Shown: positions 52,734 to 64,000 of the stretch, in pieces | How the letters are laid out: every line of letters begins with the position of its first letter | Numbering within the stretch: the first letter of the stretch is position 1 | Assembly (NCBI GenBank): GCA_038087875.1 | Contig: CM075993.1 | Location: 7,750,001-7,814,000, forward strand | Direction of reading: 5' to 3' | DNA from: Malacoraja senta | Lineage: Eukaryota | Length of the DNA stretch: 64,000 nt | Notes under the pieces: model-generated | The model's input: only the letters and a program-made list of their open reading frames with translations | Told to the model about the DNA's origin: nothing | The model's database searches: none | Program-made: the position numbers and the translations under genes

Positions 52734-53417
52734 ACACGTTCCAGTCACTTGCTGAGAGCTGGAGGTAAAGACACAAAATGCTTGAGTAACTCAGCGGGAC
52801 AGGCAGCATCTCTGGAGAGAAGGAATGGGTGACGTTTCAGGTCGAGACCCTTCTTCAGACTGAGAGTCGGGGTGTATATTGTTTGTTGCAACTCAGGGAA
52901 TGATTGGCATTTTGATTAACACAGTTCCTGATCTTCAAGGTTTTGTTTTTTGGTTCCAATCTAAAATATTTCTGTCTATTTTCCGTCTATTTGTGCATCC
53001 TCGAATGCTGGCCTTTTACACAGTTCACACTGAGTATAATATAACAAGCAATTTCTGTAATTCCAATTAAAATGTATTCTGCAGTCATACCAATTGCACA
53101 GAAGTGTTCCTGTGGTAATTTAATGACATTATTTATTTAGAATTCCTGCATAAATGATCTCTGTCTTTGACTTATTGAAGTTGGCTGTGCATACTAATGA
53201 CTTTATTATTACTAATCATTAACATTGCTTGGGGTTGGCTACAAACTATGTCTTGTGAATTTTCATGTACTTAAAGGTGGCAAAGTACTCTGGTGTATGC
53301 ATAATGCTAATATCTAGTCTAGAAATACCTACCATTCTACTGTAATATTTGTACCACATGTGAAGTTGTTTGCATCATTTCTACATTTAAAATGCAAGCT
53401 ATACATGGTTATACAAT

Positions 53418-54779
53418 AATAATGAAGTGCTTTGAGAGGCTTATTAAGCAGCACATGGTCTCTAAACTCCCCTCCAGTTTTGACCCGTTCCAGTTTGCTT
53501 ATCGCCCGAACCGCTCCCCAGAGGATGCTATCTCCTCTGCAGTCCACCTGAGCCTACAACACCTGGAGGAGAAGAACAACCAACGTGCGGATGCAGTTTG
53601 TTGACTTCAGCTCAGCATTCAATACGATAATCCCCCAGCATCTGGTGAGCAAACTGCCACCCCTAGGATTCAATACCACACTATGCAACTGGATCCTGGA
53701 CTTCCTTTCTGAAAGACCCCAGTCTGTGCGGGTGGGGAAGAACACCTCCTCGGTCATCACACTGAGCACCGGCTCCCCTCAGGGCTGTGTCCTGAGTCCG
53801 CTGCTCTTCACATTGATGACACATGACTGTGTCGCCAGGTCCACTACTAACCATATCATCAAATACGCGGATGACACAACAGTAGTGGGCCTCATGCGCA
53901 ACAATGACGACCAGGCATACAGAGAGGAGGTGGAGCAGCTGGTGAGCTGGTGCAGCAGGAACAACCTTCTCCTAAATGTGGACGAAACCAAGGAGATTGT
54001 CGTCGACTTCAGAAAGAAAAATCAGCCCAGTCACACTCCGCTGTGCATCAACAACTTAGCAGTGGAGCAGGTGAAAAGCATCAAGTTCCTGGGAGTGCAT
54101 ATAACGGATACCTTAACTTGGACTACAAACATCACATCTCTGGTAAAACGGGCACAGCAGCGGTTGTACTTCCTCCGCAGGATGAGAAGATCACACCTCC
54201 ACCCTCCCATCGTCACCACATTCTACAGAAGCACCATTGAATCAGTCATGACCAGCTACATCTCTATGTGATGCGGCGGCTGTACAGCTGCGGACTGGAA
54301 GTGCCTTTAGAGAGTGGTGAGGACAGCGGAAAAAATCATTGGGACTTCTCTTCCTTCCATCATGGACATTGGTTACAAACGCTGTCTGACAAGAGCTAAG
54401 GGCATTACCAGAGCCCCCACACACCCACAATATGGACTGTTTACACTGCTGAACTCTGGCAGGAGGTACCGCAGCATGAAGAGCGGGACAACCAGGTTCT
54501 GCAACAGCTTCATCCCCCAGGCCATAAGACTATTGAACTCACAATCAAACCGATGCTAGAACTTTCTTATACATTGCCACTTTTAAAAACTTTCCTTTTT
54601 TAACTATGCACATGAAGCACTTTTTATGGACACACTAAGCACTTTTACTGATCGCCTATATAAATGTTATATTCTGCTGCTACTTTGAAGAGTCAATGCA
54701 ACGAAATTTCGTTCAATGTGCACTGTGTCTATGTGTATACCTGAATGACAATTAAAGTTATATTCATTCATTCATTCAT
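53418..54779 (+). mobile_element. Rex1/Babar-type LINE, 5'-truncated RT and 3'UTR
   Basis: MKCFERL...[45 protein letters not shown]; ends ATTAAA + (TTCA)n tail. Confidence 0.88.
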
Positions 54780-55045
54780 ACATGTTACGCTACAGTTAGT
54801 GGTGCTGGAATGCTTGAGGTCACATAGTGGTGTTGGATGCTTGCGCTCACTTCTTTTTAGTCCTACATCTCATCCTTTGGAAGCCTAGTAATTGATCTGC
54901 AGGGAATGAAATATCAAAATACTACACAGGGTCCTGTGCTGGGGTCTCAAAATAAGGTTTAGTTTAGAGATACAACGTGGAAACTGGCCCTTCGGCCCAC
55001 CGAGTCTGCACCGACCAGCGATCCCTGCACACTAGCACTATTCTA

Positions 55046-55185
55046 GGGGTGGAAGATTCCAACCTTCACGTGGTCCGCCCTGTTTCGACTAATGCAATCA
55101 ACTCGACATGCACAAACAGAAGATCAAATAGAACAAGTTGTCCTACAACTTTAGGCTGTGCACGCCACACGAAAGAAGAAGAAGA
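55046..55185 (+). mobile_element. 140-bp non-LTR retroelement 3' end with (GAA)n tail inserted in a SINE
   Basis: TSD AGCACTATTCTA at 55034-55045 and 55186-55197. Confidence 0.8.
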
Positions 55186-56169
55186 AGCACTATTCTACAC
55201 ACTAGGGACAATTTACAATCTTTACGAAGCCAATTAACCTCCAAACCTAAGTGTCTTTGGAGTGTGGGAGGAAATTGGAGCACCTGGAGAAAACCCACGC
55301 AGGTTACAAGGAGAACGTACAAACTCCGCACTGACAGCACCCGCAGTCAGGTTCAAACCTGGGTTGGCCATTCAGGATAGAAATGAGAAGCAATTTATTC
55401 ACTCAGGTAACGAGGGTGTTTTGGAGTTCTGTATCCAGGAAGGCTGTGTGGGCTCAGGTGCTGAGTACATAGGGATTTATAGATTTTTGGAAATTATGGG
55501 CAGAAATGGTTACGGGATTAATAAAGGAAAATGGTGCTGAGGTAAGAAATCCAGCATTGCTGTAGAGCTAGTTATGTTGTCAAAGGAAGGTATGAAAATA
55601 ACAAATGGAATTATAGGTCGGTTTAATTATTTCCCACCTGGCTCTTCAGGTGGAATTCAGCAGTTAATTGTAGTAAATATTACTGCGTATTGCATGGACT
55701 GCTGACTGGATTACTATTTTTTATATATGTAAATATCGTTTGTATCATTGCTGCATTTTGAACTTTAGAAATCTCTTCATCTTCCTCCATAAAGCAAAAC
55801 CCTAAACAATGTCATTAACATTGTACAGGAGCATTAAAACAACCGGGAGATGCATCTGCAGCACAGGAGGATGCTTTTCAAACCACATTGCTCTCTAATT
55901 AGTCCTGAGCAACCTCTTTCTCCATAACCATGCAAAATCTACCCTTTCAAGTATTTAACTCTCTTCAATTCATGCTGCATCACCAATCTTCTATAATAAT
56001 GTTTGCCAGAATTCCCCAACATTACGGCACGATGCCTAATATTTTTCCATCTTTCTGCAAGTTATCATGTCCCTTGGGCTATGGAGCCAGCTTTGTCAAC
56101 TAACAAACAAAACTTTAGCCCTCCATCCAATTGAATTATTTTTTCACGGCACTTCCATCACCATGGGCG

Positions 56170-56500
56170 TCACGGTGGTGCAGCGGTAGAGTTGCTGCCT
56201 TACAGCGCTTGGAGCACCGGACACCTGGGTTCGATCCCGACTCCGGGTGCTGTCTGTACGGAGTTTGTACGTTCTCCCCGTGACCTGCGTGGGTTTTCTC
56301 CAAGATCTTCAGTTTCCTCCCACACTCCAAAGACGTACAGGATTGTAGGTAAATTGGTTTGGTAAATGTAAAAATTGTCCCTAGTGTGTGTAGGATAGTG
56401 TTAATATGCGGGGATTGCTGGTCGGCGCGAACACGGTGGGCCGAAGGGCCTGTTTCTGCACTGTATCACTAATCTAATCTTAACTAAACTAAAACTAAAA
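56170..56500 (+). mobile_element. tRNA-derived SINE (HE1-like); more copies near 3290-3560, 6230-6500, 29156-29345, 36618-36790, 41728-42015, 45903-46180, 47325-47635, 48925-49162, 54958-55360, 61038-61340, 63105-63362
   Basis: GGTTCGATCC B-box, V-like core, CR1-type 3' tail. Confidence 0.85.
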
Positions 56501-56985
56501 ATCAGTGTCACTGATCTTTATCGTGGTTTGGTGACATTGTTGAATAAGATAACTTCCTCTATTGAACTGCAAATTAGTCGTGTTACATGCATCGCCTTGT
56601 CTCATCGTCTCTCTGCAGACATCTTGCTTTTGAGATGAGTCTGAAAGTGCAGTGATCTAAAACATTTCGAGGTTTAAAGACACCTGCGGAAGAAATTGTG
56701 TGTAACAAAGCCCAAAGTTTTGAGGGTCACGGCGTTATATCATAACTGACATACCTCCATTTATATGGTTAGGGAGGAACTGCGGATGCTGGTTTACACC
56801 GAAGAGAGACTCAAAATGCTGGAGTAAGTCAGCGGGACAGGCAGCTCTGGAGAAAAGTAATAGCCTATTCCTTTTCTCCAGAGATGCTGCTTAACCCGCT
56901 GAGTTACTCCAGCATTTTGTGTCAATTTATATGGTGTCATGTACAGCTTCAGCATGAAATACTTCAAGTGGGCCTTGTGTTCTAT

Positions 56986-57342
56986 GAGGGGGTGGCTTTT
57001 ATCGAGGAAGAAACGGAGGGCTTTGGGACCCTCCTGGTGGGGGATAGAGGTGTAGAGTGACTGGACGTCCATGGTGCAGATGAGGGGATGTGGGCCTAGA
57101 GAACGGAATGCCCGGAGACGACGGAGAGTGTCTGAGGTGTCTTGAACATAGGTAGGGAGGGATTTAACCAAGGGGGATAGGATGGAGTCAAGGTATGTGG
57201 AAATAAGTTCGGTAGGGCACGAACAGGCAGAGACAATTGGTCTACCAGTCTGAAGAAGGGTTTCGGCCCGAAACGTTGCCTATTTCCTTCGCTCCATAGA
57301 TGCTGCTGCACCCGCTGAGTTTCTCCAGCACTTTTGTCTACC
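56986..57342 (-). mobile_element. PLE insertion: RT fragment (minus) joined to a plus-oriented hammerhead-motif end
   Basis: Minus strand RPIVSACSCPTE...TMDVQSLYTSIP; followed by CTGAAGAAGGGTTTCGGCCCGAAACGTT...TTTTGTCTACC; TSD CCTTGTGTTCTAT at 56973-56985 and 57341-57353. Confidence 0.88.
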
Positions 57343-58918
57343 TTGTGTTCTATAACATGTTTTGAGCAGTTATTTTACAACAAGGCTACAAAAATGGTAT
57401 TCAGTGACATTTTATTTGAAAGGTTGTACTTCTGACAGTGCAGTGCTCCTGATGCTGCTCGGAAAAAAAAATTAAAAGTGCTGTCTGCGCCCAATGACTT
57501 GACTTTTTTTTTTATTACCTATCTTATCATTGCTGTCCAGAATCCTGGGCTGGGTTTATGTGATGCTTGCTCATTTCATGTACAGGCCATCATGTACATT
57601 TATTATATTCATTACAGTGTACTATGTTTACATATTCTGCTGTGCTGCTGCAAGTAAGAATTTTCATTTTTCTAGATAAAAAGCTGGAGTAACTCAGCGG
57701 GACAGGCAGCATTACGGGTTTAAACCAGCATCTGCAGTTATTTTCTACACATTTCATTGTTCTATCTGGGACAATAGACAATAGGTGCAGGAGTAGGCCA
57801 TTCGGCCCTTCGAGCCAGCACCGCCATTCAATGTGATCATGGCTGATCATCCCCAATCAGTACCCCGTTCCTGCCTTCTGCCCATATCCCCTCTCCGCTA
57901 TCTTGAAGAGCCCTATCTAGCTCTCTCTTGAAAGCATCCAGAGAACCCGCCTCCACCGCCCTCTGAGGCAGAGAATTCCACAGACTCACAACTCTCTGTG
58001 AGAAAAAGTGTTTCCTCGTCTCCGTTCTAAATGGCGTACCCCTTATTCTTAAACTGTGGCCCCTGGTTCTGGATATATGATAATAAACCACTCTTGACTC
58101 TCTCTTGACTTTCATCCAGAATTACATGGCTTCTGTATGGACTCCCCACCAATATGTCATAGGTATTTATCTCAGAAGCGCTGAATATTACTGTATTTTT
58201 TCATAAGGAGCTGACAGAGCCAAAGAATATAGTTTTTCCCTAAAATTGACCCAACTTGACCCCGAGTCATAATGTGTAGGAAGGAATTGCGGTTACTTGT
58301 TTAAACTGAAGATAGACACAAGGAAGAAGAGTCTCGACCCGAAACATCACCTATTCCTTCTCTCCAGAGATGCTGCCCGTCCCAGCTGATTTACTCCAGC
58401 TTTTTGTGTATCTTTGACCCTGAGTCATAGTTGGTGTGGATCTGAGATGGCAGGCTCGTACTGTACTGGAGTTTCTGCATTGATCACCTGTTTGATTCTC
58501 TGACAAGAGGATTGTACACACAGCCTTCTGCTTCCTCGAGCCATTAACCCATGGTTGAGATCTATTCTCACCACTTGCATGTTCCAGGATTATTACATGT
58601 AAATGGCTGGGCGTAGACTATGCGGGAAAACACTGGTCAGTTTGCCTTTTGATCTTATGAATTGAGACACATGGTTCTCATCTGTGACTTCAGCTGAAAC
58701 CAACAAATGAAGGAAGCGAAAGACAGACACAAAGTGCTGGAGTAACTCAGCATGTCAGGAACCATCTCTGGAGAAAAAGGATGGGTGATGTTTCGGGTCA
58801 GGACCCTTCTTCAAACTCAGGAAGCCAATAGGTTGGCACCCTAATAGAAATACTTGTGTCTTGCTTGAATATAACTTTTTTTTTCTGGGCCTAACAATAA
58901 AAATACATTAAATAGAAG

Positions 58919-59418
58919 GACTTCTGCCTATTATGCCTCCTGGCATGTAGGGCAGCAACGAAGGTCCTCCATTCAGTAGTGTTGATTCCTTCAGTTGCTG
59001 TTTCTGTAACATATTTGTTTTACGAGGCAGGGTTGTTAGCCCTGTGCTCAACCTCCAACCTGGAGGACCAGTGGATCGCTCTTCGTCTCGCCTCTACCCT
59101 TCGACCTGTCCAGCATGGGAGACCCTAACAGGAGACGAATCTCCCGCTGGCATAGCTCTAGGGGTCACTGAGACACACAAGGTAGACAAAAATGCTGGAG
59201 AAACTCAGCGGGTGCAGCAGCATCTATGGAGCGAAGGAAATAGGCAAAGTTTCGGGCCGAAACGTTGCCTATTTCCTTCGCTCCATAGATGCTGCTGCAC
59301 CCGCTGAGTTTCTCCAGCATTTTTGTCTACCTTTGATCTTCCAGCATCTGCAGTTCCTTCTTAAACACTGAGGCACACGAGCTCCCCGACCACGACAAGG
59401 TTGCAATCCAACGGGGAG
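58919..59418 (-). mobile_element. Non-autonomous bipartite RTE-derived element (5'UTR + 3' end), interrupted by a PLE palindrome
   Basis: Minus strand CCTTGTCGTGG...GGTCCTCCAGGTTGGAGGTTGAGCACAGGGCTAACAACCCTGCCTCGTAAAA (RTE 5'UTR-like) joined to TGGAGGACCTTCGTTGCTGCCCTACATGCC (RTE 3' end-like); perfect TSD ATTAAATAGAAG at 58907-58918 and 59419-59430. Confidence 0.75.
59180..59366. mobile_element. Fold-back PLE-end element nested in an RTE-derived element
   Basis: Inverted arms centred on GTTTCGGGCCGAAAC; TSD CACTGAGACACACAAG/CACTGAGGCACACGAG. Confidence 0.87.
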
Positions 59419-62400
59419 ATTAAATAGAAGTTAGACACAAAATGCTGGAGTAACTCAGCGGGACAGGCAGCATCTCTGGAGAGAAGGAACGAGTCGAGAC
59501 CCTTCTTCACCGAAGCGTCCCCAATTCCTTCTATCGAGAGATGCTGCCTGTCCCGCTGAGTTACTCCAGCATTTTGTGCCTGTCATCGGTTTAAACCAGC
59601 ATATGCAGTTCCCTCCTACACAATAAAAAAACATTTTCTGGCAAATGTATTTATTGGAATCTAATGTTGTGACCTAAACATATTTTCTATTTGTAATTCA
59701 GACATTTGTATCTATTGAACGGTACAGTTAGTACGTATTGAATATGGGCACAGGGCTTCAATGGTTAAACATTATGGTCTCCCACAAATTATTGGATTCA
59801 TAAATGACATGCAGCTGGTCTTGGCCACATGATTATCATAAAGCACAATGTGTAGCTGCTGTAAACCAAACATCTGTGGAGGTCGAAACAATTAACATCC
59901 ACCAAATGTTTTTGAGGTCCTGATCTTCAAATGCTTCTTTCTCAGAATCTGTATTGCAGTTCTAAACATGACGGTGAATTTAATGGGCGATGTCTGTCTT
60001 CATTCAGAGGTAGTTCCCAAGAAATAGACAATGATATAACATGAAATAACGGGGAACTGCAGACGTTTTACACACAAAGAAGTGATAATGTGCTGGAGTA
60101 ACCCGGCGGGTCAGGCAGCATCTCTGGAGAACATGGAAAAGTGATGTTCTGGTTCGGGACCCTTCTTCAAACTGATTGCGGGGGGGGGGGGGGGGGGTTC
60201 TAGGGGGCAAGAAAGAGAGCTGGAAAAGAGAAAGGGCAGGACAGACCATAGCCGGTAATAGGTGAACACAAGCGAGGGGACATTTTGGGTTGAGGGGTAC
60301 ATCGACAAGACCAAGTTTCGCTGAACACATCTGCCAAGGCAGCTGAAGTTCCCAATTGCTAACCATTTTAATTCCCCCTCCTATACCTGTACCGACCTTT
60401 CTGTCCTTGGCTTCTTCCACTGCAAGAGCGAGGCCACATGCAAGCTGGTATAACAGCACCTCTTACCCAACAATACATTGAATTCTCCAATTTCAGGTAA
60501 TAATGCCCCCCCCCCCTCCTCACCCATACCCCACCTCCTCCTCATGTACCCCATTTCTTCCACCATCTATCACCACCCTGCCCCATTCCCCACTCCTCCA
60601 TCTTCCTCAGTTGCCATTCGACTTACATGATGTTTGTGACTCTCATTGTTGATTGCAATGTGGTAGCAGGTGATTCTGCCGATAGAAACTGTTAAATCAA
60701 TTATGTTTGAGCTTTCTGTTCCAGCAACTTAACATGTTTGTAGAGCCTTGCTGGCTTGTAACTGATAGTCAAACATTTGTAAGTCTGTAATTGGCTGAAG
60801 CTTTGGTAGAAATATTTTGTTTAATCTAGTAAATGTTAAGAAAATGTTTAAAATAGCACCATTTGGACGCCTTACTTTAGTTGGTGTTATTGGATCATTA
60901 TTGTAACCTGGCAAGTACAAAAGCATATCAGTGGGTGAGACGGAGAGGGGGATTGTGGTGTTCTGGGGAGCAGGCAAGCTGCGGGGTTGCAGTTTTTGAT
61001 TGCGTTGGAAGGTTGTAGTTTCAAGTTCCTCTCCAGACACAGTGGCACAGCTGTAGAGCTGCTGCACCCGTGCCAGAGACCCATGCTCAATTCTGACCTC
61101 GGGTGCAGTTTGTGTGGAGTTTACGCTTTCTGCCTCGGACTAGGCGGGTTTCCTCCAGGTGCTCCTGCTTCCTCCCACATCCCAAAGTCGTGAAGGTTTG
61201 TGGGTTAATTAGCCTCTGTAAATTGCCCCAACCGTGCAGGGAGTGGGGGCAAAAGTGGGATAACATAGAACTGGTGTGAACGTGTGATTGATAGTCGGTG
61301 TGGGCCAAGGGACCTGTTTCCACGCTATATCTTTCAATCAAATGCATCCATCAGACATATTGCTGGGAGTCCAACAATGACACAATGCTGGTGGTCTACC
61401 AATACTTTGTGACTTTTTTTGTAAACCACCATCTGCAGTTGCTTGCATCTCCATATTGTCAAAAATATTTTAACATTCCAATGGATCTTTTTGGAAGGGC
61501 AGCAGAAACCCTTTCAAACATTCCCAATCATTTTGAATGAAAACCCCACTTGTTTACATTTGGTAAAATGCTCTCCCACCACACGCCCACGCCCAGTCAC
61601 AGGCTGCCCCCTCTAACAAGTCCAGGAGATTTCCAGGGACCCCTGCAGCAGCTTTTCCTGTGGGGTTGCTGGTTGCAGCCCCATGGCTCCTGTTGTACCT
61701 GGGTAGCTGTCTTGAGAAGTGGAGCGAGCGGTAACTGGGCCTCTGCAGGAGGTGAGGCCATCCTTTGACAGTTGCTTTAGTGCCCTTCAGCACAGGAGTC
61801 TGTCCTGGGCTCAGCAGTGAATCCATTGGCAGAGTGAGAGGTCAGGTCTGAGCTCCCGCTAGTTACTGAGTCATGCCAGTGTGCAGGCGTCAACATTGAT
61901 GAATTGACTATAGTTTGCTGGCAAAAGTCAAGTATGATTCAGGTCATTAGTCTGTTGTTATGGGAGATGGTTGTTGTGTTGTTCCATCCCGATCCTTCAT
62001 CTGCAAATGTCTGAAGATTTTAACTTGTATTTGATTCAGAGTGCCGAATGTGAGTTAGTCGGTTCATTTGTCATTTAAAATTGCGTCTAGTGTATAGATA
62101 CATGGTAGAATGTGTGGGGGATTGGCGGGAGTGTAATGTATGGCCATTTAGAGAGAATAGGTCACAATGAAAATTACTGGTGGAATGAGTTGATCCGTTA
62201 ACTGGCCTAGACTCGCTGGACCAAATGGTGGCTTCTGATGTCGTAAAGAAATAAGGCTGTCCCTGATTTATGAAAGCCTTGATTTCACACACTTTTGACT
62301 TGTAAAATTCCTTAACTTTATAGCGGAGCTTCACGGGTGAGTGTAAGGCTAGTCAAGTGATTTGGAGTTGGCCAGTGTGGTTGGGACTTGACCATGCAGT

Positions 62401-64000
62401 ATATACTGCTGAAGCTGAGGCAATGAATTTGGTGTAAATGACTGCTTCGAGCCATTGTGCTGGCCAAAGATCAGCTCCGCTCTATGATCTTTGGTGCTGG
62501 CTGTCCAGACGTGTTAACTTGCTTGGAAAAATGGTGGGAAACATGAAATATTCCTTAATTCTAGTAATTCAAATGAGATTGTGAATACTATGACCCAATA
62601 TTAGTGTTCCTAAGAAACCATGCGCTACAGAAAAGAGCGTTAGAACAATGATCGTATCAATTGGGAAAGCGGTTGGGGCTAGGGAGTTTCAGACTCGAAA
62701 TAACAAATAACCCCCAATCCTTGCAGGATTTAAAAAAATTAAGCTCTTTTTAATAGCTAGAAGTGTATTTTCATTGCCATAGGCTAAAAATACTAAAGGC
62801 TATATGTTATAGTGTTTAATAGAATATCATTCGCTAATATAAATATAAGCGATTGCCTGGCCATTCAATGGCCACATGCGGTGAAACTGACAGGCTGTGT
62901 TCTCAAGAGACAATGGGGTCTAATTGCTGCAGGGAAGTTACATGGAAACAGTTTTTTTCCCAAGACTTTCCCCCCCCTCCCCCCCCCCCCCAAATATCTT
63001 TTATTCTGCTTGTCAATTTCCAAAGTAACTGAAGTGGGTCTCCAGTTCCTGATCGAAACGTGTTAGAACTAATACTTAATGCTAATTAATCCTTTTTTTT
63101 GTTTGAGGTACAGCGCAGAAACAGGCCCTTCGGCACACCGAGTCTGCACCGACCAGCGATCCCCGCACATTAACAGTACCCTGCACTAGTGCCAATTTTT
63201 ACATTTATACCAAGCCAATTAACCTAGAAACCTCTACATCTTTGGAGTGTAGGAGGAAACCAAAGTTCTCGGAGAAAACCCACGCAGTCACAGGAAGAAC
63301 GTACAACCTGGATCTCTGACGGTGTAAATGCTGTAAGGCAACAACTCTACAGCTGCCGCCCCAAAACTAATTGTATAGTGCCATAATACAAATAATATTC
63401 TCTAATTCTAATCCATCGAGTTATAATCAATTAGCCGTATGGAAACATGCATCATGGCAGAACTACCTGTATAATAGAGGAAGGAAGAGGGCGGCTGCTT
63501 TTGATAATTATATGAATTGTTGAGGATCTTGCAAAGCTGGCAAAATCTATTGTGGAGTTGGCAACGGCTCAAGTCCCAAATTCTGAATCATGATTAGGAT
63601 GCAGGGCTGGAGAGCAGCCAGAGTTCTGAAAGTGAATGAAAGAACGCTAGTCCTAACTACAGACCAATGCTGTTTTGCCTACGCAGTGAACAAAATCTTT
63701 TGGACCATTATTCAAGGCTGTATTTGATGAATATTTGGAAATCCATTGCTTAATTGAAATCATCAACATAGAATAAATGGAAACCTAATTTATACTTTTA
63801 ATTTTTAAATTGATTGCAGCGATTTCCATCAGCATTGATATGGTGCACCAGCAAAAGACAGCAATAGTCACTCTAATGAAGCATTCATATTACTGCATTG
63901 CAGCATGTTGTGTAGCATTATCTGGCAGTGCATGAAGAAAGAAAATAGTTTAAAGCCAGTGAATTAGTGTCTACTGCAATGTTGAATTGCAGCTCTTAGT

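Noticed and set aside
44970-64000. SNX27 exon 2 (NVEGATHKQVVDLIR...)
   Set aside because: Not found by eye or in the ORF track; presumably downstream of the window or in the gap.

Overview
Eukaryotic DNA, almost certainly a cartilaginous fish (skate/ray-like), judged from the HE1/V-type tRNA SINEs and their CR1 partners. Two genes point away from each other. (1) An AP-3 adaptor beta subunit gene (AP3B2-like) on the minus strand: exon 1 at 30887-30993 and the last five coding exons at 26326-26557, 25586-25670, 23465-23562, 16229-16367 and 11113-11263. Its roughly 20 middle exons are absent, most likely hidden in the 200-N gap at 28956-29155. (2) SNX27 exon 1 on the plus strand (43594-43870), with a probable 1-nt homopolymer error; the rest of the window is its intron 1. 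The remainder is repeat-dense: CR1, Rex1/Babar, RTE and Tx1 fragments, tRNA SINEs, a Harbinger-like MITE and very many Penelope-like element (PLE) ends. Most notable: (a) short PLE-derived units carrying a minimal hammerhead-ribozyme motif, inserted as solo units, fold-back palindromes or end+inverted-RT chimeras, each with its own target-site duplication (TSD); (b) an AP3B2-like gene beside SNX27, possibly a third AP3B ohnolog; (c) a ~21-copy 28-bp CRE/E-box minisatellite growing out of the AP3B2-like promoter. Most ORFs in the supplied track are repeat-derived or N-gap artefacts. Family assignments come from recalled sequences, not database searches.
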